From a virus (lineage: Duplodnaviria > Heunggongvirae > Uroviricota > Caudoviricetes): 23,598 bases of DNA. A program made the position numbers and the translations under genes. Shown piece by piece: positions 17,277-22,746 of this stretch. Under the pieces are notes generated by a model. The model did no database searches. It was not told the origin of the DNA and was given only the letters and a program-made list of their open reading frames with translations. Numbering within the stretch: the first letter of the stretch is position 1; each line of letters begins with the position of its first letter. Where the stretch lies: the IMG/VR virus record IMGVR_UViG_3300023312_000045; one strand, written 5' to 3'.

Positions 17277-19825
17277 TGGCAGCAAACGAATTTTTGACGC
17301 AGTGCGAGCGCAGTGTAAATGCTGCCGCTGGTCGCGAGCTTTCTTCCGATGAGATGGAGTCGCTGGTGCGTGACATGAACGACACCACTAGGCGAATTCT
17401 GGCGACCAATGAGGCGCTGTCTCTGGAAGAGGCCGCGATGCGCGCAGCGGAAGAACTGAGCAATGCCGATATGCTGGCAAAACAGATTGAGGCTCGCAAT
17501 AAGGCAATCAACGCCCGTATTGCCGCACAACGACTTAGAGAGCTTCGTACTATCTGGAAAGACCGCCCGGATATCGGGCTTGAAGCAATGCTGGTTGGCC
17601 GCAACGATGCGCGTACCGGCGCCCGCCGGTCGGTATCTTCGGAGGTGGCGCAACTGCGCGGCAAGTATCATTCCGGTATCAACTACGATTTTGACCGTGC
17701 CGGGCTGGTGCAATTCATCGCCAGCGGCAGCAATGACCGGGAAATTGCCGATGCAATGTGGCGCATAGGGCGCGGGCAGTCAACTGACGGTATGACAAAG
17801 CAATCCGTAAGCGCTGCACAAATCATCATGAAATGGCAGGAAACTGCGCGTATTGATGAGAACCGCGCCGGGGCATGGATACGCAAAGAGCCGGGCTATA
17901 TAGTGCGCCAGTCACACGACATCATGAAGATCCGCGCCGCAGGTTATGAAGCATGGCGAAATGCTATTCTCCCGCGCCTTGATGAGCGCACTTTTGACGG
18001 CGTGGCTGACCGCGAGCAGTTCATGCGTAACATTTATAACGGGCTGGCTTCCGGCGTGCATCTTACATCTGAAAAGCCCGATTGGATGAATGGCTTTAAG
18101 GGATCGGCGAACGCAGCTAAACGCGCCAGCCAAGAGCGAATTTTGCACTTCAAAGATGGTATCTCGTGGCACGAGTACAACCAGCAATTCGGCACCGGCA
18201 GCCTGCGAGAAGCGCTGTTTGGTGGCTTAAACAGCGCTGCCCGCACAACGGGCATGATGCGCGTACTGGGCACTAACCCACAGAACATGTTTAAGTACCT
18301 GACGGACGCCATTGCTGAAGATATCAGCAAATCCGGAAGACCGGCAGCGTTGGCTGACTACATGACGAAGGTGCGTCGCATTAACCGTACCGTAATGCCG
18401 CAGGTTGACGGCTCGCTAAATATTCCTGGCAGCGTAGGCTGGGCCAATGCGTCGGCGGCTGTACGCGGCTGGTTGCGTATGAGCCAACTTGGTGGCGCGG
18501 TAATCTCATCGTTTAACGACGTGCCTATCGCCGCTACCGAGATGCGCTACCAAGGGCAGAATTTTATGCAGGCGTTGCTTGGTGCTATGAGAGGCCGCTT
18601 CACGCGTTACAACAGCGCGAAGCAGAAAGAGATCCTTTCCTCTATCGGAGTTTATTCCGACTCCATGACGCAGGAAATCATCCGGCGCATATCTGGTGAT
18701 GACACGCTGAATGGAAAGCTTGGTCGCGCGCAGCAGCTTTTCTTTAAGTACAACCTCATGAACTTCTGGACCGAGAGCGGTCGCAACAGCAACGCCATGA
18801 TGATAACCAACTGGCTTGCAAAGAATGCTGACCAGTCTCATGCGCGGCTACCGGAAGACCTGCGACGCGTGCTGGATCTGCACGGTATTGGCGAACGTGA
18901 GTGGGAAATTTTTCGCAACATGGACATGGCCGATAGCGAAGGTCGTAAGTTCATGACGACCAGCGGCATCCGCGGCGTGCCTGACGAAGTGATTGCCGGT
19001 TATGTAGAGAGTAAGGGGATCAAACCAACGCAGCGCGCTATCGCTGACGCACGCGATCAATTGGAAGGGCAGTTGCGCGGCTACATCCTTGACCGTCTGA
19101 ATATCGCCATGTCAGAGCCTGGCGATCGCACGCAGGCGTTTATGAAGATGGGCACGGTGCCAGGAACGGTGGCTGGGGAAGCAATACGATTCGCTGGTCA
19201 GTACAAATCGTTCACTGCAAGCTTCATGCAGAACGTACTAGGACGCGAAGTATTCGGGCGTGGTTATATTCCTGCTGGGCTTGGTGAGTCGAAAACCGGA
19301 TCGCTGACGAATGCGCTGCTACGTAACGGGAAGGGGGCTTTCCTTGGTGCTGCAAACCTCTTTGTCTGGGCGACTATGTTTGGTTATATCTCCATGCAGT
19401 CAAAACTCATGCTGAAAGGGCAAACACCACGCCCGGCAGATGCCAAGACGTTTCTCGCAGCCGCATCTCAGGGGGGCGGTCTTGGCATCTTGGGTGACTT
19501 CATGTTTGGTGAGGTCAACCGCATGGGGGCCGGGCCGGTTACGTCGCTAATGGGGCCAGCAGCATCGAACGCTGACAGCATTATCACGCTGCTCCAGCAG
19601 ACCACGAGAGGGGATGCAGATTTGGGTGACTGGTATCGCACGGCACTTGACAATACGCCATTCCTCAACGTGTTCTGGCTTCGTACGGCGATGAATGGTT
19701 TAATATTGAACCGGATACAAGATGCCCTTGACCCAGGCTCTCTTGAGCGTTATCAGCGCCGTGTTGAGCGTGAGCAGGGTAACGACTTTCTGATCCCACC
19801 ATCGCAGTTCATGCTAGGTAAATAA
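17276..19825 (+). CDS. Large internal virion/ejection protein (gp16-like role)
   Basis: 849 aa; last large gene of the ejection block; hydrophobic stretches near the C-terminus; TGATG overlap with the upstream gene. Confidence 0.55.
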   Translation: MAANEFLTQCERSVNAAAGRELSSDEMESLVRDMNDTTRRILATNEALSLEEAAMRAAEELSNADMLAKQIEARNKAINARIAAQRLRELRTIWKDRPDIGLEAMLVGRNDARTGARRSVSSEVAQLRGKYHSGINYDFDRAGLVQFIASGSNDREIADAMWRIGRGQSTDGMTKQSVSAAQIIMKWQETARIDENRAGAWIRKEPGYIVRQSHDIMKIRAAGYEAWRNAILPRLDERTFDGVADREQFMRNIYNGLASGVHLTSEKPDWMNGFKGSANAAKRASQERILHFKDGISWHEYNQQFGTGSLREALFGGLNSAARTTGMMRVLGTNPQNMFKYLTDAIAEDISKSGRPAALADYMTKVRRINRTVMPQVDGSLNIPGSVGWANASAAVRGWLRMSQLGGAVISSFNDVPIAATEMRYQGQNFMQALLGAMRGRFTRYNSAKQKEILSSIGVYSDSMTQEIIRRISGDDTLNGKLGRAQQLFFKYNLMNFWTESGRNSNAMMITNWLAKNADQSHARLPEDLRRVLDLHGIGEREWEIFRNMDMADSEGRKFMTTSGIRGVPDEVIAGYVESKGIKPTQRAIADARDQLEGQLRGYILDRLNIAMSEPGDRTQAFMKMGTVPGTVAGEAIRFAGQYKSFTASFMQNVLGREVFGRGYIPAGLGESKTGSLTNALLRNGKGAFLGAANLFVWATMFGYISMQSKLMLKGQTPRPADAKTFLAAASQGGGLGILGDFMFGEVNRMGAGPVTSLMGPAASNADSIITLLQQTTRGDADLGDWYRTALDNTPFLNVFWLRTAMNGLILNRIQDALDPGSLERYQRRVEREQGNDFLIPPSQFMLGK

Positions 19826-19827
19826 TA

Positions 19828-20388
19828 ATGAAGGCAATTATATTTTTTGTTTCAATATTGATGTCTGCATTTTCTTTTGCAGGGCAAAATGTTAAATGCG
19901 AACTTCAATACTTTGGAGATAGCGATAAATTTAAGGTAACTCAGTTTTCTTTTATGGGGATTCCATCTGATTCATACCTTTATACCTGTGCCGACTGTGG
20001 AGGCATCCAGATAAACGTGTTCCCATCTATTCAGACTGTTGCTTCCTACTCATTTGAAAACAACATTGATTTCGAAAGGAAAATCAATGCTGAATACAAC
20101 AGAAAAGACATAGCTAAACTTGAGATGGAAAACGTTACTCAAGGCGGGAGAATAAAATATTCAATCACCGATACTGGTTTGGCAGAGTTTTACCCAGAGG
20201 GCAAAAAGATAAGCTACCTCTACTTTTTAGCCAAGCAACAAAATGGTAAAGAACAAGTAGGTTATTCAGGATTTGTTACCTCTAACGGGGATAAGTCATG
20301 CTCAATTATTGCGACATATCCAGGAAAAGAAATTTCTTTTCTGGGAAGTAAATCTTTAAGCTACTTTATGAATCATATATCAATGTAG
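19828..20388 (+). CDS. Secreted/periplasmic hypothetical protein with Sec-type signal peptide (moron)
   Basis: N-terminus MKAIIFFVSILMSAFSFAGQ has n-h-c signal peptide organisation; coding DNA looks AT-rich relative to flanking virion genes; followed by a terminator. Confidence 0.6.
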   Translation: MKAIIFFVSILMSAFSFAGQNVKCELQYFGDSDKFKVTQFSFMGIPSDSYLYTCADCGGIQINVFPSIQTVASYSFENNIDFERKINAEYNRKDIAKLEMENVTQGGRIKYSITDTGLAEFYPEGKKISYLYFLAKQQNGKEQVGYSGFVTSNGDKSCSIIATYPGKEISFLGSKSLSYFMNHISM

Positions 20389-20389
20389 C

Positions 20390-20401
20390 GTGACATGTCA
20401 C
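20390..20401. repeat. 12-bp perfect palindrome GTGACATGTCAC, copy 3 of 3
   Basis: Exact sequence at 20390-20401, 2 nt after the stop of the 186-aa gene and abutting the terminator hairpin. Confidence 0.9.
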
Positions 20402-20426
20402 AGGCCGCTTTCGCGGCCTTGTTTTT
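20402..20426 (+). terminator. Rho-independent terminator (AGGCCGC-TTTC-GCGGCCT then TGTTTTT)
   Basis: Perfect 7-bp stem and T tract read directly. Confidence 0.75.
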
Positions 20427-20586
20427 AACGAATGCCACCGCCGCCAGGGCGGGAATCCGCAGAACGCCCACCGCAGCGGGAGCCGTCAGCAGCAGTGTCG
20501 CTGTCGTGCTGACAACGACCGGCAAAGGCCTGAGTTGAAGCTACCAGAGACAACAAAACGAACAGTGCAGCAAATGCTTTTTTCAT
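20425..20586 (-). CDS. Small secreted peptide precursor (53 aa: signal peptide plus about 31-aa mature Gly-rich peptide with two Cys)
   Basis: Internal Met of ORF 20425..20658 gives MKKAFAALFVLLSLVASTQAFA|GRCQHDSDTAADGSRCGGRSADSRPGGGGIR; the ORF-track upstream extension overlaps a terminator. Sits in a short patch that looks GC-rich, so an ORF artefact is possible. Confidence 0.35.
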   Translation of the reverse strand: MKKAFAALFVLLSLVASTQAFAGRCQHDSDTAADGSRCGGRSADSRPGGGGIR

Positions 20587-20655
20587 TGTGAAATTTCCAT
20601 CTATAAGCCACCTCAATGTGGCGTCAATGAGTGTAGCACTGACTTTTGTTTCGTC

Positions 20656-20681
20656 CACAAAAAAGCCCGCAACGCGGGCTT
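20656..20681 (-). terminator. Rho-independent terminator ending the 62-aa/110-aa operon
   Basis: Minus-strand AAGCCCGC-GUU-GCGGGCUU followed by UUUUUUGUG. Confidence 0.75.
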
Positions 20682-20683
20682 AT

Positions 20684-21016
20684 TCAGTTATTTACTTTCT
20701 TTGGCACTATTGCTGATAATGAGATCATAAAGCCAGTTAGAGCAGCAATAATTAATGGGAATATGAAAGCATCTGAAGTTCTCAGTGGATTCTTCATATC
20801 GAACAGAATAACAATGAAGAATGCGCTGGTTGCAAAAGTAGATGATGAATAAACCTCATTCATCTTGTATTGCAACTTATCCAAAGAAAAAGGAGGCGTA
20901 TCTTTGCAAACGGCATCCCATATCAGATGAACAGCAAGATAAGCAATGCACAGTATGAAATAAAACCTTGTCAATTGCTGTGCATCTCTGGGCGCAAGCC
21001 AAGATAAATCAGGCAT
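20684..21016 (-). CDS. Small integral membrane protein (110 aa, about 3 predicted TM helices); candidate immunity/partner protein
   Basis: Hydrophobic segments FYFILCIAYLAVHLIW, FATSAFFIVILF, AFIFPLIIAALTGFMISLSAIV; start lies 1 nt after the stop of the upstream 62-aa gene (translational coupling). Confidence 0.55.
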   Translation of the reverse strand: MPDLSWLAPRDAQQLTRFYFILCIAYLAVHLIWDAVCKDTPPFSLDKLQYKMNEVYSSSTFATSAFFIVILFDMKNPLRTSDAFIFPLIIAALTGFMISLSAIVPKKVNN

Positions 21017-21017
21017 T

Positions 21018-21206
21018 TTAGTTGGCTAACTTCTTTGCGGCATAGATAGCAGGGAGTGCAACAGCACCAGCCACAGCAAATGCATAGGCTATCCCAGCTG
21101 TAACAGTAAAAGCAGGAAGCAGGAAAGATAATCCGCCTGGTAGGGCAAAGCCTAAGCCCGCTCCGCCAATAATGGCCTTCAGCAATGTAATGATGTTGAT
21201 TTCCAT
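21018..21206 (-). CDS. 62-aa glycine-zipper hydrophobic membrane peptide (holin-like or toxin-like)
   Basis: Strong RBS GAGGGGG 4 nt before ATG; sequence MEINIITLLKAIIGGAGLGFALPGGLSFLLPAFTVTAGIAYAFAVAGAVALPAIYAAKKLAN is almost entirely Gly/Ala/hydrophobic with a KK-containing C-terminus. Confidence 0.55.
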   Translation of the reverse strand: MEINIITLLKAIIGGAGLGFALPGGLSFLLPAFTVTAGIAYAFAVAGAVALPAIYAAKKLAN

Positions 21207-21232
21207 GTTTCCCCCTCATGTAAACTCTCGGT

Positions 21233-21247
21233 TTACCTTTGGGGTAA
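21233..21247. promoter_or_regulatory. TTACC-N5-GGTAA site D, 27 bp upstream of the 62-aa gene start
   Basis: TTACCtttggGGTAA read at 21233-21247. Confidence 0.5.
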
Positions 21248-21318
21248 TAGTACTCTATTCACCCCCAGTCTGCAATCTGTACAGAATTATTTAAAGGCAC
21301 GTCCCTGTGCCGCCGCCG

Positions 21319-21975
21319 TCAGAAGAACCCTGCCTTGTCGTTGATGTACTCCGCGTGGGTCTGGATATCACGCAGGCATTTGCTCACACCGACGATGTAG
21401 CAGAACATGGTGGTCAGTTCCGCCGCCGCGCCCGATACATCGTGCCCGTCTTCCTGTAACTGGTTCAGCAGATTCATCAGCAGTGAGTTCTCCGTCAGGC
21501 CGAGAACACCAGACGGCGAATGAATCAGGCTGCGGTAGCCGGGCTTCAGTGGGGCGCTGTATTCTTTTTTGTCTTCCAGCTTGATCGCCTCCATTATGGC
21601 GGGCATGAAGCCTGACAAGACCTTCTCCACTTTTGTTTCTTGTTGTCTTAAACGTTTCTCGCATTCAATGAAGTAGCGTCGCACCTGGCGACCTTTTTCG
21701 TTACGCTCGACCATCGCCAGCTCTTTGGCTGTATCAAGGGTGAGGTGGTACTCTTTGCGGTTGTGGCCGCCTCTACCAGATGTTTGCTTTCCCAAATTGG
21801 AAAGCAAAATATAGTCTTGATTTTCAATGAATTCGTATTCTGATATGCGATTTGTAATCCATGCTGCAAACACCTTTTTAACACCTAAAAAAGCGTGCAG
21901 ATCGCGGGCATTACAAAGTAGGGCTGTTTCGTTAGATATAGTGCCGTTGAATACGGGGATGAGTTGAGCGTTCAT
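21319..21975 (-). CDS. Phage antirepressor, AntA-type N-terminal domain plus KilAC/ANT-like C-terminal domain
   Basis: N-terminal region ([29 protein letters not shown]...[33 protein letters not shown]) matches the AntA antirepressor domain as recalled; C-terminal 70 aa are paralogous to the 90-aa protein at 22293..22565. Confidence 0.75.
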   Translation of the reverse strand: MNAQLIPVFNGTISNETALLCNARDLHAFLGVKKVFAAWITNRISEYEFIENQDYILLSNLGKQTSGRGGHNRKEYHLTLDTAKELAMVERNEKGRQVRRYFIECEKRLRQQETKVEKVLSGFMPAIMEAIKLEDKKEYSAPLKPGYRSLIHSPSGVLGLTENSLLMNLLNQLQEDGHDVSGAAAELTTMFCYIVGVSKCLRDIQTHAEYINDKAGFF

Positions 21976-22004
21976 GATGGCGTCTCCACTTAGCGAATTA
22001 CATC

Positions 22005-22052
22005 ACCACCGCTGAGACCAATCAGATGGTGGTGAACTGAACGGAGTTGGTC
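22005..22052 (-). other. Pseudoknot-capable structured element in the antirepressor leader
   Basis: Interleaved complementary hexamers: ACCACC (22005-22010) with GGTGGT (22028-22033), and GACCAA (22016-22021) with TTGGTC (22047-22052). Confidence 0.3.
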
Positions 22053-22133
22053 TTACCGGCCTAAGTGGTACCGGCGTCCTTTCGGACCCCCATTCAGCCC
22101 ACCATAATTCTGGCATGACTGTGCTATACGCAT

Positions 22134-22156
22134 AAAAAAACCACGTCTGGCGTGGT
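22134..22156 (-). terminator. Rho-independent terminator between the two antirepressor-family genes
   Basis: Minus-strand ACCACG-CCAGA-CGUGGU followed by UUUUUUU. Confidence 0.7.
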
Positions 22157-22167
22157 ATGCGCCACTT

Positions 22168-22220
22168 AGTAATCCGGGAGACCAATCCCGGCACTGGATT
22201 TTGCCAGTGCCCGATTACTA
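22168..22220 (-). other. Structured RNA element (two hairpins enclosed by a 7-bp outer stem) upstream of the terminator; candidate 3'UTR-derived or regulatory RNA
   Basis: AGTAATC...GATTACT outer stem enclosing CCGGGA-GACCAA-TCCCGG and CACTGG-ATTTTG-CCAGTG hairpins, read directly. Confidence 0.3.
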
Positions 22221-22246
22221 TGGCACAAGAGGAGTTCGATGTAAAT

Positions 22247-22261
22247 TTACCGCAAAGGTAA
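22247..22261. promoter_or_regulatory. TTACC-N5-GGTAA site C, downstream of the 90-aa gene
   Basis: TTACCgcaaaGGTAA read at 22247-22261. Confidence 0.5.
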
Positions 22262-22292
22262 TAATAAACACTCCACTTGGTAATTGCAAACC

Positions 22293-22565
22293 TTATCTGG
22301 TTTGCTTTCGTAATTGTTCGGCACAATAGTCGAGATGTGTTTGCAGATCCTGCATAGACATCTGTGAGCTGGTGACGTAGTTAATCAGTGCAGTCAGTTC
22401 GGCAAGTGGGCCATCGACATTAAATCCATCCTTATCGAGATCCCGGAGTAATTTCATCAAGTGCGATCCCTCCACCAGTGACCTGACGCCTCCCGGCGTG
22501 TGAATCCTTTCGGTAAATCCGTCTTCCAGTGGATAGTGATACTGCTGCATCTTAATCTTCTCCAT
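22293..22565 (-). CDS. Small antirepressor-family protein (stand-alone KilAC/ANT-like domain), LexA-controlled
   Basis: 90 aa; RSLVEGSHLMKLLRDLDKDGFNVDGPLAELTALINYV aligns with [47 protein letters not shown] of the 218-aa antirepressor; a LexA box lies 5 bp upstream of the start. Confidence 0.7.
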   Translation of the reverse strand: MEKIKMQQYHYPLEDGFTERIHTPGGVRSLVEGSHLMKLLRDLDKDGFNVDGPLAELTALINYVTSSQMSMQDLQTHLDYCAEQLRKQTR

Positions 22566-22570
22566 GCAAT

Positions 22571-22590
22571 AACTGTATATTTATACAGTA
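22571..22590. promoter_or_regulatory. LexA (SOS) box AACTGTATATTTATACAGTA
   Basis: CTGT-N8-ACAG with AT-rich spacer, 18 of 20 matches to the TACTGTATATATATACAGTA consensus; in the divergent region between the 90-aa gene and the tailspike gene. Confidence 0.75.
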
Positions 22591-22620
22591 GCAAATAATT
22601 TGTTTGCTATCCAGCACGTT

Positions 22621-22648
22621 TTGCAAATTACCTGAAAGGTAATATCTA
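22621..22648 (+). promoter_or_regulatory. Candidate sigma70 promoter for tailspike: -35 TTGCAA, 16-bp spacer, -10 TATCTA, with TTACC-N5-GGTAA site B (22628-22642) inside the spacer
   Basis: Hexamers and spacing read directly; operator-in-spacer geometry is typical of repressible promoters. Confidence 0.45.
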
Positions 22649-22677
22649 TTCATATTTACAGTCTTTCTATCCATATG

Positions 22678-22692
22678 TGGTTTTTCAGGTAA
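22678..22692. promoter_or_regulatory. Degenerate second site TGGTT-N5-GGTAA within shared CATATGTGGTT...GGTAATA element (tailspike leader)
   Basis: catatgTGGTTtttcaGGTAAtag at 22672-22695; parallels 3721-3743. Confidence 0.4.
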
Positions 22693-22746
22693 TAGAATAA
22701 CCAGATATGCGGCGCAACGGGTGCTGCGACTATCTGGAGATTTAAC

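Noticed and set aside
21162-21206. N-terminus of the 62-aa peptide (MEINIITLLKAIIGG) as a double-glycine bacteriocin leader
   Set aside because: It ends in Gly-Gly and has hydrophobic residues at -4 and -7, but lacks the usual acidic/polar amphipathic character of such leaders, and no C39-peptidase exporter is in the window; kept only as a low-probability alternative within the main finding.
20425-21206. Interpretation of the small membrane proteins as the phage lysis cassette (holin/antiholin)
   Set aside because: No endolysin or spanin genes are adjacent, the genes are on the opposite strand to the late operon in DNA that looks AT-rich, and lysis cassettes in this architecture are expected upstream of terS, outside the window.
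20971-21219. 82-aa minus-strand ORF in an alternative frame over the 62-aa gene
   Set aside because: The 62-aa frame has the strong GAGGGGG RBS and a coherent membrane-peptide sequence; the alternative frame is Cys/Trp-rich and lacks an RBS.
22003-22326. 107-aa minus-strand ORF between the antirepressor genes
   Set aside because: It overlaps the 3' end of the 90-aa gene, spans an intrinsic terminator and stable hairpins, and has Trp/Pro/Arg-rich low-plausibility composition; interpreted as structured non-coding leader.
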